Positions 14,158-27,984 of a stretch of DNA of 43,776 nucleotides are shown piece by piece. The stretch spans positions 1-43,776 of the forward strand of contig CAXHJY010001459.1 in NCBI GenBank assembly GCA_964016885.1, in the 5' to 3' direction. The notes below the pieces were generated by a model. It made no database searches, had not been told where the DNA came from, and worked only from the letters and a program-made list of their open reading frames with translations. Both the position numbers and the translations under genes were made by a program. Each line of letters opens with the position of its first letter. Position 1 is the first letter of the stretch. This DNA comes from Eledone cirrhosa. Lineage: Eukaryota.

Positions 14158-17100
14158 AGCTTATCAGCACAGCAACAAAACAGCATAGAAAAATATGAAG
14201 ACGTCGCATCTCAGAGTTGCAACACTTAATGTTGGCACTCTCAGAGGTAGATCTGCTGAAATAGCGGAGATGCTGGAGAGAAGGCAGGTGGATGTGTGCT
14301 GCGTGCAAGAGGTGAGATGGAGAGGTGCCTCTGCGAGACTAGTAGTAGGCAAGCGTCTTAGCTATAAGCTATTCTGGGTAGGTAAGGATGATGGGTTAGG
14401 GGGAGTAGGCATTTTCCTGGCTGAGAAATGGATCAATAAGACAATAGAGGTAGTTTGAGTTAGTAATCGAATAATTAAGCTTAGATTAGTTGTAGGTAGG
14501 AGACTACTGACAATCATCTCGGTCTATGCTCCCCAAGCAGGCCTAGGCAAAGATGAGAAAGACTGCTTTTATGAGCAACTTTTGCAAACAACCACAATGA
14601 CAGAGGACGGAGACATCGTTATGCTAGCAGGAGACTTCAATGGTCATGTTGGACAGCTCCAGGATGGTTACACTGGGGTACATGGTGGGCACGGTTACGG
14701 TTCAAGAAATGAAGAAGGAGTGAGACTTCTTGAATTTTGTGATGCAAGTACATTGACTATTTGCAACACAAACTTCCAGAAACCTGCCAATCACCTAATA
14801 ACCTACAAATCTGGTGAGCACATAAGCCAGATTGACTTCCTGCTAGTTAGGCAGCGGGACAGGCAGATAGTGTCTAATACCAAGGCATACCCTGGGGAAG
14901 AATGTACCCCACAGCATAGGTTAGTTGTTAGTGATATCTCAGTAAGCAAGAGATGGAATGAGACATATAGGAAGGTGTGGAGAAGAAAGGTCTGGAAGCT
15001 AAAAGACCTTTCACTAAAATACAAATTTAGGAAAGCCCTTCAAGATGTATATGACGAAAAAGAATACGATTTAGAGACGTATGACATAGATAATAACTGG
15101 AATTTCTTACGTGACAACTTGCTGCAGGCTACTGATGAAACCTGTGGCTGGAGCAGAGCTCCAACCAGACAGAGAGTGACCTGGTGGTGGAACAGCACAG
15201 TAGATAAGGCTATTAGAGACAAAAGACTAGCATGGAAGGCTTGGAAAAAGGGTGGGAGTAGGGAAGAATATACAGCCACTAAGAGAGAAGCTAGACGTCA
15301 GGTGTACTTAGCATGCAGGGAGGCAGAGAGTAGGAGGTTTGCCAATGTTCTGCGACGGGAAGATCAGAGGCATGTGGTGTTCCACATTGCAAGGCAGTGT
15401 GTCAATGCAAATCAGGATGTTGTTGGAGATAAATGTGTCCGGGATGATGCCGGTGTACTTAGTGTCACGAATGACCAGAAAAAGGAGGCCTGGAAATGTC
15501 ATTATGAGAGACTGATGAATGTGGAGAACGAATGGGAGAGAGAGAAATTACCCTTGGTAGATCCGACAGAGGGACCAGCTATTGAGATTGACGAATATAG
15601 GGTCCAAGAGGCAATTAGGGAAATGAAAAATGGTAAGGCTGCCGGACCATCGGGGATAGTTGCTGGGATGCTGAAGGCATCAGGGGACGTAGGCACTAAA
15701 CTGGTTGCACGCATCATCAATCAGACTATATATGGTGGTGTCATACCCAAAGACTGGTGCAGCAGTATTCTCATAAATTGCTACAAAGGTAAAGGGGATG
15801 CTTTGGAGAGGAGCAATTATAGGGGTATAAAACTGATAGATCAGGTTATGAAAGTGGCAGAAAGGATTTTAGCACAACTAATTAGAGAAAGGGTCAAACT
15901 AGATGAGATGCAGTTTGGTTTTGTGCCTGGGAAGAGTACAACAGATGCCCTCTTCTTGGTGAGACAAATGCAAGAGAGGTTCTTAGAGAAGAATAAGCCA
16001 CTATACTTAGCCTTTGTTGACCTAGAGAAGGCCTTTGATAGGGTACCCCGATCTGTCATCTGGTGGTCCCTAAGGAAGCTAGGTGTTGAGGAATGGCTTG
16101 TGAGGACAGTGCAAACTTTGTACAGAGGTACTCTCAGTAAAGTCAGGGTAGGAATGGAGTTTAGTGAGGAATTCCAGATACAAGTAGGAGTACATCAGGG
16201 TTCGGTCCTCAGCCCGCTCTTGTTCATTATAGTCCTCCAAGCCATAACAGAGGAGTTTAAGACTGGCTGTCCATGGGAACTTTTCTATGCTGACGATCTG
16301 GCTCTTATAGCAGAATCAGTAGAGGAGCTAGAGAATAAATTCCGGCTATGGAAACAGCAGTTGGAAGCAAGAGGACTGAGAGTAAATCTAGCTAAGACAA
16401 AAGTGTTGATGAGTAGAAAAGAGGACAAAACCCTGATTCCGTCAGGGAAATGGCCATGTTCGATATGCAGAAAAGGAACTGGCATAAATTCTATAAAATG
16501 CACACAATGCAGGTCCTGGGTACACAAGAGATGTAGCGGGATAGCAGGCAAACTAACAGGTAGGGAGAAATATGTATGCAGTATAGATGTACAGGGAAAT
16601 TAGACAGTAGAAGTCGCACTGATAGACACATTTTTCAAATGCGAGAGGGCGCTATAGAAGTGGTGGATAGCTTCCGGTACCTAGGAGATCAGATTAGCAT
16701 GGGAGGAGGGTGTTCCGAGGCCATAGTATCTAGAATAAGGACGGGTTGGAAGAAGTTTAGGGAGCTGCTTACTCTGTTTACGAAGAAGGGTTTCTCCCTG
16801 CGTACAAAAGGCCGGTTGTATGATGCCTGTGTGAGGAGCGCGATGCTGCATGGTAGTGAGACATGGGCAGCAACCGCAGAGGATATGCGACAGCTGGAGA
16901 GAAATGAGGCAAGCATGCTCCGTTGGATGTGCAGTGTAAATGTGCGTGAACGACCCAGCATAAATGTGTTGAGAGAGAAACTGTGTCTGAGAGGGATAGA
17001 ATGTAGTGTACGGGAGAGGAGACTGAGGTGGTATGGACATGTGATGTGCATGGAGGATGACCGATGGGTGAAGAAGTGCCAGGAAATGCCAGTTGAAGGA

Positions 17101-17282
17101 AGATGTGGTAGAGGTAGACCACGAAAAACATGGGCGGAGGTGGTGAGAACAGACCTCAGATCATTGAAGCTCACGGTGGAGATGACGAGGGACCGTGACG
17201 AGTGGAGAGATGCTGTGCTGAATAAGACCCGTCCCACCCTTGCAAGCATGGAAAAGCGGACGTAAAATGATGATGATGATGA
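14158..17282 (+). mobile_element. RTE-clade LINE, subfamily B, near-complete coding region
   Basis: Begins at the endonuclease N-terminus ([15 protein letters not shown]), full RT, ends [13 protein letters not shown] directly into (GAT)n. Confidence 0.96.
14195..17265 (+). pseudogene. RTE-B APE endonuclease-RT-PHD ORF (~1020 codons) with two lesions
   Basis: ORFs 14195-14458 and 14582-16603 share a frame and are separated by one TGA (14456-14458); 2-bp insertion near 16582 relative to the copy at ~20675. Confidence 0.93.
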
Positions 17283-17379
17283 CATATACATATATATATA
17301 CATACATATACATATATATACATATATATATATATACATATATATACATATACATATATATATATATACATACATATAC

Positions 17380-17426
<47 letters not shown>

Positions 17427-17443
17427 CATATACATACATATAC

Positions 17444-17528
<85 letters not shown>

Positions 17529-17529
17529 C

Positions 17530-17600
<71 letters not shown>

Positions 17601-17673
17601 CATATATATATACATATATATATATATACATATACATATATATACATATACATATATATACATATACATATAC

Positions 17674-17707
<34 letters not shown>

Positions 17708-17919
17708 ACATATATATATATACATATATATACATATATATATATACATATATATATATACATATATATATATACATATATATACATATATATATATATA
17801 TACATATATACATATATACATATATACATATATATACATATATATATATATATACATATATACATATATATACATATATACATATATATACATATATATA
17901 TATATATACATATATATAC

Positions 17920-18016
<97 letters not shown>

Positions 18017-18045
18017 CATATATATATATACATATACATATATAC

Positions 18046-18110
<65 letters not shown>

Positions 18111-18155
18111 CATATATATATATACATATATATATATATACATATATATATATAC

Positions 18156-18202
<47 letters not shown>

Positions 18203-18211
18203 CATATATAC

Positions 18212-18244
<33 letters not shown>

Positions 18245-18373
18245 CATATATACATATATATATATATACATATATATATACATACATATATACATATATA
18301 TATATATACATATATATATACATACATATATACATATATATATATATACATATATATATACACATATATATAT

Positions 18374-18420
<47 letters not shown>

Positions 18421-18553
18421 CATATATATATACATACATATATACATACATATATATATACATACATATATATATACATATATATATATACATATATACA
18501 TATATATATATACATATATATATATACATATATATATACATATATATATATAC

Positions 18554-18584
<31 letters not shown>

Positions 18585-18691
18585 CATATATATATACATA
18601 TATATATACATATATATATATATATACATATATATATACATATATATATATATATACATATATATATACATATATATATATATACATATAC

Positions 18692-18723
<32 letters not shown>

Positions 18724-18737
18724 ATATACATATATAC

Positions 18738-18770
<33 letters not shown>

Positions 18771-18832
18771 CACATATATATATATATATACATATATATA
18801 TACATATATATATATATATACATATATATACA

Positions 18833-18863
<31 letters not shown>
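17283..18863. repeat. ~1.6 kb (TA)n/TACA microsatellite array
   Basis: Direct reading. Confidence 0.98.
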
Positions 18864-18865
<2 letters not shown>

Positions 18866-19313
18866 CATCATCATCATCATCATCATCATCAACGTTTAAC
18901 GTCCGTGTTCCACGCTTGCATGGGTTTGGACGGGGGTAGTCCCACTTGAGGCAAGAGTGATTGTCTTGCTCGCATAGGACTGTCTGGCAGGTTTTCTACA
19001 GTTGGATGCCCTTCCTAACACCAACCACATTTACAGTGTGGGTCTGGGAGGTTTTTACCGTGTTGCCTACACGGCCACATTACAGCGTGGACTGTGTGTT
19101 TTTTTGTCGTGACACCTACACGATCTCATTTGTTTCGGCCTGGATGGCGCGGCACCAACATAACTTTACATAGGACGGGGTGGTGTGGATGGGTGGGGGT
19201 GGTGGCGGGACGGGGTGTATTTTGTTAGAGATGCCTACTGGCAAGGCGGGTCTTCTCTGTTACTGAGTACCGCCAAAGGTCTCGGTCCAGTGACATTGTC
19301 TTGGAGAGGTGTA
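18864..19313 (-). mobile_element. RTE subfamily A 3' end, 5'-truncated
   Basis: Reverse complement closely matches ~8409-8871; (CAT)n tail on the + strand. Confidence 0.92.
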
Positions 19314-19889
<576 letters not shown>

Positions 19890-19982
19890 AACATAAGAAT
19901 GACTTTTCTGATGATCGTTATTCTTATAATTTTTCAAACATATTTTACCAAACCAAAGATTTTCTTCATTTTCTAATATATA

Positions 19983-20857
19983 TATCATCATCATTTTACT
20001 ACGCTCTTCCCTGCTTGCAAGGGTGGGACGGGTCTTATTCAGCACAGCATCTCTCCACTTGTCACGGTCCTTCGTCATCTCCACTGTGAGCTTCAGCGAT
20101 CTGAAGTCTGTTCTCACCACCTCCACCCATGTTTTTCGTGGTCTACCTCTACCACGTCTTCCTTCAACTGGCATTTCCTGGCACTTCTTTACCCATCGGT
20201 CATCCTTCATGCACATCACATATCCATCCCACCTCAGTCTCCTCTCCCGTACACTACATTCTATCCCTCTCAGACACAGTTTCTCTCTCAACACATTCAT
20301 GCTGGGTCGTTCACGCACATTCACACTGCACATCCAACGGAGCATGCTTGCCTCATTTCTCTCCAGCCATCGCATATCCTCTGCAGTTGCTGCCCATGTC
20401 TCACTTTCATGCAACATCGCGCTCCTCACACAGGCATCATATAACCGGCCTTTCGTATGCAGGGAGAAACCCTTCTTCGTCAGCAGAGGAAGCAGCTCCC
20501 TAAACTTCTTCCATCCCGTCCTTATTCTAGATACTATGGCCTCGGAACATCCCTCTCCCATGCTAATCTGATCTCCTAGGTACCGGAAGCTATCCACCAC
20601 TTCTATAGCACCCGCCTGCATTTGAAAAATGTGTCTATCAGTGCGACTTCTACTGTCTAATTTCCCTGTACATCTACTGCATACATATTTCTCCCTACCT
20701 GTTAGTTTGCCTGCTATCCCGCTACATCTCTTGTGTACCCAGGATCTGCATTGTGTGCATTTTATAGAATTTATGCCAGTTCCTTTTCTGCATATCGAAC
20801 ATGGCCATTCCCTGACGGAATCAGAGTTTTGTCCTCTTTTCTACTCCTCAACACTTT
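19983..20857 (-). mobile_element. RTE subfamily B, 5'-truncated
   Basis: ORF 19659-20621(-) N-terminal ~210 aa nearly matches ORF 16576-17265; same terminus. Confidence 0.94.
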
Positions 20858-20875
20858 TGTATATATATATACATC

Positions 20876-22330
20876 ACATAGCAGTGTGTCAGAGTGAATC
20901 AGGATATTGTTGCAGAAAAGTGTTTTCAAATTGACATAAGTACATTTAGCACCACTGATGCTCAAAAGAAAGAGTGCTATGAAAGGCTGATGAATGCGAA
21001 GAATGAGGGGAAGGATGAGAGACGACTCCCAACTGACCAAACAGAGGGAGCAGCTATCAAGATCAACAGTTATAGAGTCAACGAAGCAACGACGGAGACA
21101 TAAAATAGTAAAGTTGCTGGACTGTCAGAAATAGTTGGTGAGATGCTAAAGGCATCTGAGAAAGTAGGAGCAGTACTAGTCACCCACATAGTCAATTAGG
21201 TAATACAGGATTGGGTAATATCCAAAAGCTGGTGCAGCAGTATAACTCGATTGCTACAAAGGAGAGGGTGATGCTCTATAGAAAGGAGCAACTACAAGGT
21301 AAAAAAAACTAACAGACCAAGTTATAAACACAATGGGAAGAGTTCTAGCACAACTGATTAGGGAAAGAATCAAATTAGATGAGATGCAGTTTGTTTTTGT
21401 GCCATGGAGAAGTACTACAGAAGCTCTCTTCTTAGTGAGACAAATACAAGAGAAGTTGTTAGTTAAGAATAAGTCACTATATTTTGCTTTTGTTTATCTA
21501 GAGAAAGCCTTTGACAGAGTACCACAATCTGACCTCTGGTGGTCCTTAATGAAACTAGGTGTAGATGATTGGCTTGTGTGAGCAGTGTTAACCATGTATA
21601 GAGGAGCTGTTGATAAAGTGAGAGTTGGAAGTGAGTTTATTGAGGAATTCAGAGTACAGGTAGAAGGATGTGGAAACAGAACTTAGAATCAAAAGGGCTC
21701 TGAGTAAACTTGGCAAAAGCCAAAGTTTTAGTAAGAAGGAAAGGAGACAGGACCTTTATTTCATCAGTGAAGAGAGCTTGCTTGATATTTAGAAAAGGAG
21801 TAAACAAAAACTCTATATGATGTACACAGTGTAACTCTTGGGTACACAAGAGGTGTAGTAGGATAACAGGCAGACTAACAGAAATGGTAGACTTTGTTGT
21901 AGGTGTACAGGGATAGTTGGTAGTAAGAGCATAAGTGAAATAAATCTTTTCCTATTCCAGGAAGGATCCATAGAAATGGTTGATAGCTTCTGCTACCTAG
22001 GTGATCTAATTAACAATGGGGGAGATGCTCTGAAAGCATAGTAGCTAGATTAAGAACATGATGGAAAAAGTTCTGCGAACTACTACCTCTGTTGACAAGA
22101 GGCTTTTCTCTACAAACAAAAAAACAGCTGTGTAACACCTGTGTGATGTGCGATGCTGCATGGAAGTGAGATATGTGCAGTGTAGAGGAAGACCTGTGTG
22201 GAGGTGGTGAGAGCTGATCTCAAATCAATGAAGCTCTCAGAAGAGATGATGAAGGGATGAAAAAGACCCATCGAACCCATACAAGCATGGAAAAGCAGAT
22301 GTAAAATGATGATCATGATAGTAATGATGA
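20876..22330 (+). mobile_element. Old degenerate RTE (subfamily D, B-like terminus)
   Basis: LDEMQF, FAFVYLEKAFDRVP fragments with many stops and deletions; ends cccatacaagcatggaaaagcagatgtaaaatgatgat. Confidence 0.88.
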
Positions 22331-22969
22331 GAGAAATGTGTTGCATTGACACAATTCCCTTTATTTATGGCTTTGCAATGTAAACTGATGTTGAATTACT
22401 ACAAGTTCTTTGAGGTGTCAGCTTGCTAAAAGCCTACTTTTTTTTTTTTTCTTACACTTACACAAATTTGAAATATCATCTTTGCACATTAAAATAGCAT
22501 CCTACCGTTTTGCTTTTTCCATTCCAGTGAGGTCACACGGGCTTACAACATACTTATTAACTAACTGAATGTCTTGTGTTGATCTGAAATCAAAACATGC
22601 TGACAGTGTATGACCTAATTGTTAACCACATGTATTAATGTGCTGTTAGTATTAATGTTATTGATTCAGATGAGATAACATGCCTTGTAGCCCTTTTTCA
22701 TGGATTCAACTGCATAAACATAACATATATGACTTATCTACACCAACATGCTACTACTTGACTATCCCTGACTAAATTTGGTAGATGGAATTTCATTGAA
22801 TTTATTTCATTATCAGTATATTTTAAATACACTAGTTGACATTTTAGGTCAAATATTAATTACAGTTGACTCAGAATTAAAATATAACTTCCTGAATGCA
22901 CCTTGTGTGTATATATATGTATGTGTGTGCCTGTATATATATATATATACAAACAATGTATATATATAT

Positions 22970-23696
22970 ACAACAATGTTGCATGGTAGTGACCTGGGTG
23001 CTGTGTGCAGAAGATTTGCATAGATTGGAAAGAAATGAAGCTTGCATGCTCTGATAGATGTGTAATAGTAATATACGTGAACGGCAAAGCATAAATGAAC
23101 TGAGAGAAAAACTAGGAATAACAGGAATCAAATGCTGTGTGCAGGAAGGAGATTACGTTGCTATGGCCACGTGTTGCATATGAAGGATGACAATCGTATA
23201 AAAAAGTGTGGAACGCTCAAAGTCGATGGAAGCCTTGGAGTGGGGAGACCCAGAAAGACTTGGGATGAGGTGATAAAAGCTGACCAGGCCCAATTGCACC
23301 TCTCAAAGGCAATGAATGACACAGGACCGAGATCTCTGGCGTTACACAGTAATACAGAAGACCTGACTTCCCACGGGCACAGGCTGAAGCTGAAGCATAT
23401 ATAGAGTATGCCCCACCCCACCCTCCTACTGTAAAGTGGTCGTATAGGTGTCTTGACAAAAAGCACCCAGCTCACACTGTAATGTGGTCATGTAGGCGTC
23501 ATGACAAAAAGCGCCCAGTACTCACTGTAAATGAAGTTGGCATTAGGAAGAACATCCAGCTGTAGAAACCAAGCCAAATCAGTTCTGTATGAGCAAGACA
23601 TGGTCACCTGACCTAGCATTGGCCACAACAGGACAACTCATCTAACCCATGCTAGTGTGGAAAAATAGCCATAAAACGGTGATGATAATGATGATA
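22970..23696 (+). mobile_element. RTE subfamily C, 5'-truncated, moderately diverged
   Basis: MLHGS...GRPRKTWDEVIKAD; 3' UTR homologous to 34600-34900. Confidence 0.9.
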
Positions 23697-23708
23697 TATA
23701 TATATATA

Positions 23709-24233
23709 GTGAACGATTGAAGAGTAACATGGTCGGCTGTACAAGGGGCTTTATTTCAAGTATTAACAATTGTTTCATTGATCAGGTGAGTCTAGAGGCC
23801 GCTAATTGCTCAAAGTTGCATCACTCGATCTCCAATACATTGTTTACCTCTGATCAAATTCTCAGAATACGCAACGAAATCACACATGGCATGGTATATA
23901 TAGAGAAATAGCGTAGAATCAAAACAATAACATCAATAATAAAATATAATGATAAATAGGTAAAGAAGTTACAGATGTAAAAAGTAAAAAGATAAAAAAT
24001 AATATAAAGAAATAAAAATAAGTAAGAGCATATAAGTACAGAATACAATAGTTGATAATAGTGGTGATGGTGAGTAAGTGTCTGTATAAGGTTGTGGGGG
24101 TGGATGTAGTGCTAACATGAAAAGCAATATTCGAAACATACATAGATACGCTGCCTAACTATTAAACTATCCACGACACAGAGTACTCACAACCTCTAAC
24201 TGGATTACCTATAATGATAACTTGTTATCCCAT
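23709..24233 (-). mobile_element. Probable PLE terminal-repeat/3' UTR remnant
   Basis: Contains a hammerhead motif on the minus strand ~50 nt from a (TA)n flank, the same layout as PLE2; no ORF retained. Confidence 0.5.
23760..23870 (-). ncRNA. Type I hammerhead-like motif with extended stem II
   Basis: Minus strand: GUAUU-CUGAGA-AUUUGAUCAG-(64 nt)-CUGAUCAAU-GAAA-CAAUUG-UU-AAUAC; stem I GUAUU/AAUAC, palindromic ACAAUUGU. Confidence 0.65.
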
Positions 24234-25295
24234 GATGTAGTGGGATCACAGGTAAACTAACCAAGAATATAGATTTTATATGTGGCCGGTGCTCTGGTGC
24301 AATAAGTAGTAGCAAGTGCCCACAGGATACTAGCTCCTTCCATTGCCCAGATGGTTCTATAGAAATAGTAGACACCTTCCGTTACCTGGGTGACAAAATC
24401 AGCAGTGGTGGAGGGTGCTCTGAAAGTACTGTAGCTAGAGTCAGAACTGGTTGGAAAAAGTTCAGAGAGCATATACCACTATTGGCCGCTAAAGGTTTCT
24501 CCCTAAGAATGAAAGGCAGACTGTATGATGCCTGCATACGAACAGCAATGTTACATGGCAGTGAGACCTGGGCATTGTGTGCAGAGGACCTGCATAGACT
24601 GGAGAGGAACGAAGCTTGCATGCTCCGCTGGATATGTAATAGTAATATACGTGAACGGCAAAGCATAAATGAACTAAGTGAGAAATTAGGAATAAGAGGG
24701 ATCAGATGCTGTTTACTCGAGAGAAGACTACATTGGTATAGTTACGTGATGCTCATGAAAGACGACAACTGTATAAACGGTAGCCACGGAGTAGGCAGAC
24801 CCAGAAAAACCTGGGACGATTTGATAAATTCCGACCTCACACACACCTCTCCAAGACAATGTCACTGGTCCGAGATCTTTGGTGCTATGCAGTAATACAG
24901 AAGACTCTCCTTGCCTAAGTACAAAGCGAAACCTACAGACAGTAAGCACCTCCTAACCAAAAGTACACCCTCACCCCACTACCCTTACCCCACACCCCCA
25001 TCTACACCTAAAGTTATGTGGGTGCCACAACATCCAGTCCTAAATAAATGAGGTCGTGTAGGTGTCACGACAAAAAAAAACACACAGTCCATGCTGTAAT
25101 GTGGCCGTGTAGGTAACACGGTAAAAACCTCTCAGTCCACATTGTAAACGTGGTTGGTGTTAGTAAGGGCATCCAGCCGTAGAAAACCCGCCAGACAGTC
25201 CTATATGAGCAAGACAACCAATCTTGCCTCACGTGGGACAATTCCCATCTAAACCTATGCTAGCATGGAAGATAGACGTTAAACGACAATGATGA

Positions 25296-25298
<3 letters not shown>
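24234..25298 (+). mobile_element. RTE subfamily A, 5'-truncated
   Basis: Homologous to ~7796-8871 including the 3' UTR; (GAT)n tail into (TA)n. Confidence 0.93.
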
Positions 25299-25337
<39 letters not shown>

Positions 25338-25340
<3 letters not shown>

Positions 25341-25454
25341 AGGTGCATTCAGGAAGTTTTGAGGCTTCTTCAGGAGAGACATTTATTAATTTCAAAGAGG
25401 TACAAAACTCTAATCTCTTTCAAAGCACTTATTGTAGTGCTCCAACTACTCGTA
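25338..25454. mobile_element. Possible Tc1/mariner-type non-autonomous remnant
   Basis: Begins caaggtgcattcaggaagt and ends ctcgta, both next to TA/CA runs; the terminus is repeated inverted at 22886-22910. Confidence 0.4.
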
Positions 25455-25527
25455 TATATATATATATATATAAATGTTGAATTATAAGTACTGTGACAGT
25501 TCCGAAGACCTGATTTTTAGATTTACA

Positions 25528-25706
25528 TGTGTTAGTGCCATGATAAAAAACACCTGGTAGCACTGTAAAATGCTAGTGCTGGTACCACAATAAAAAGGAC
25601 CCAGTCCACACTGTAAAGCGGTAGTGCTGGTGCCATAAAACTAGTTAGCACTGTAAAGTGATATTACTGGTACCACGAAAAAAAAAAAAACACTCAGTCC
25701 ACTGTG
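25528..25706 (+). repeat. Degenerate tandem array (~4 x 40-48 bp) of the unit found in RTE-A/C 3' UTRs
   Basis: Repeating gtgctggtgcca...aaaaa...cccagt...cactgtaaa. Confidence 0.75.
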
Positions 25707-26423
25707 TGATAATGATATTCCTGATACATGAATTCTGTAAAGTCCCCTCTGATCTTCATTTAACAGCAAGTTAAGCTAAGCTTAAAAAAATAAAAATACA
25801 TAACTGCCAGAATATGAAAGAATTAAAGCAAGTGAGAGGTGTGAACCATTGAAACCAACTGTTGCTTTTTGGTCACTTGAGCTGTTCAACATAGCAGTCT
25901 GCTCCCACCCAAACACACACTACCATCTTTAAAAATATGTATTTTGGCTAATACAAATCTAGATTATATTTGGTAAAAATTATATGATAATTGTAAATGA
26001 AGTATTTTTGCTCATAGACCTGCTCAAACAGGTTTGTCCTAGGGCTAAACAACAGCAACTATAGAGTTTCAATGTGGTCAATTGAATACTTCAATATATA
26101 ACTGGTGTCTGTTTTATTAATTCCCAATATGCGAAGAGAAAAAACAGTTGACGCTTGTGGTGTTTAGCAATAGAAATGTCTATATACCTTTGATTTACAA
26201 TTCAAATGAATAGTTATATGAGTAAAAAATGAAAATCACCAACTAGTTTAGGTTTTTTGGGGAGAGAAGGATGAGGAAAATCATGTTCTTCATTTACATG
26301 AATTCAATTGAAGAAAATTATCAACAACAAATGAATAAGGGTATCAGAGATGAAAGAAAATCAATAGCAATAAGGAAGAAGAATAATCAATGAATATTAC
26401 TATGAGAATAATCAATGTATATG

Positions 26424-26815
26424 AGGCACATGGCTTAGTGGTTAGAGCATTGGCCTTGCAATCGAAAGGTTGTGAGTTCAATTCTCAGACCGGGTGATGT
26501 GTTGTTTCCTTGAGCAAAACACTTTATTTCACATTGCTCCAGTTTACTCAGCTGTAGAAATGAGATGATAGGGACTGGAGTCCCTATCATTCCACTGCAA
26601 AGTAGTTGTGGAGGTGCCACGGCAAAAAAGGACCCAGCCCACACTGTAAAGTGAACGTGTAGGTGCCATGGAAAAAAAGCACCCAGCACTCACTGTAAAT
26701 GAGGTTGGTGTTAGAAAGGGCATCCAGCTGTAGAAATCAAGCCAGAATCAGTTCCCATCCCACCCTTGCAAGCAGGGAAAAGCGGACATAAAATGATGAT
26801 AATGATGATGATGAT
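26424..26815 (+). mobile_element. Chimeric tRNA-derived SINE with RTE-C 3' module and RTE-B terminus
   Basis: A box tggcttagtgg, B box gagttcaattc, CORE-like ccttgagcaaaacacttt; 26592-26756 matches the RTE-C UTR; 26758-26815 matches the RTE-B end. Confidence 0.85.
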
Positions 26816-27189
26816 ATGAGCTGTTGAAGGTGGACATTTTCATAATGGTGGAACTATAATTTCTACAAAACAAGGAATGTTTTGGCTATGTTAGTTTTAA
26901 CATTTAGGTAACAGGAAACTATATTTTCATTCTGGCTATGTTCTTAGAGCCTGAAGGTTGCAGGAGTGAAGCAAATCTTCTCTTTAAAGCTGATATCGGA
27001 CAAAGCAATATTGCAATAATGTAATCCCCAGCCTATCCTCTCAAACTTCATGCTCAAGAACAGGCCCAGGAAGATTGGAAAGTCCAATCTAGCATAAACA
27101 AAACATTAGCCTATACTAAGCATAGTAAACGATGCATGAAGGGTAGAACTCTTGAATTAAATGTATGAAGGCATACATCAGCAACAAAC

Positions 27190-27680
27190 CAAAACAGCAT
27201 TCCAGGTTGTCTCTGTAGAAAGTCCAAAATATACCCACTGGACCAAGCATACAACATGGAATCCATTATGTATGAAGCAGAAGTTATTTCAACCACACCA
27301 AAAGTCCAACTGAGAAAAACATCTACATTGGTATGGTGCAAAGTAAATCCAAGCAAAAATGTTTTCAATCCTGAAACATCATTTTGATATGCAAACAAGC
27401 AAAATTCTTTGTAATTAGCCAACCATATATGGAAGTTGATAAAATGCAACTCAATTTACAAGATCAAGGGAAAATCCTAGAACGCTACAGACCCTATTCT
27501 AATGGATCACAGAAATGCTACTGCTGCACAACAGATAGGTGGCACATATTAAACAAGATAAAGAACTCCAATAACTGCCTTAAAACCACAAGAGACTTTT
27601 TTAGCAGATGCATTATGCAAATAAGTATATTCTTAAACATTGGAAGATCCTACCTTCACAAGGCTTGCACTCAATAACCA
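27190..27680 (+). pseudogene. Decayed PLE (Naiad-like) GIY-YIG region; the element probably extends ~26950-27960
   Basis: Translations CLCRKSKIYPL, IMYEAEV, IYIGM, ILERYRPYSNGSQKCYCC, FSRC parallel the PLE2 C-terminus. Confidence 0.7.
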
Positions 27681-27984
27681 CAATACACATACTAGACTAT
27701 AAATGATAATTCTAGCTTTAACAAGAGGTTTGCAGATTATGGATGTATATATATTGCTGTAGCCCAAGACAAACAAAAACCTATTCTAATATACTTTCTC
27801 ACCCACACACTAAACTACAAGGTCTAACATAGCAACAGCTACCTACCAAAATAACATCAATAACCTTCCAAACCCAATAACCAATAACTCTCCACTTAAA
27901 CATATCCAATGATGCACAATCACATAGAATTAAAATACATATATAACACATATATTCTAATAAGCTTCTTTTCACAAAAATATG

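Noticed and set aside
14456-14458. In-frame TGA in the RTE-B endonuclease as possible selenocysteine or readthrough
   Set aside because: The aligned position is Arg in RTE-A, so a simple nonsense mutation is more parsimonious.
25870-26060. Possible old SINE 3' remnant ending gggctaaacaacagcaac
   Set aside because: No head or second copy in the window to support the call.
26424-26500. tRNA gene
   Set aside because: A and B boxes are present but there is no good acceptor stem, and it continues into a SINE body.
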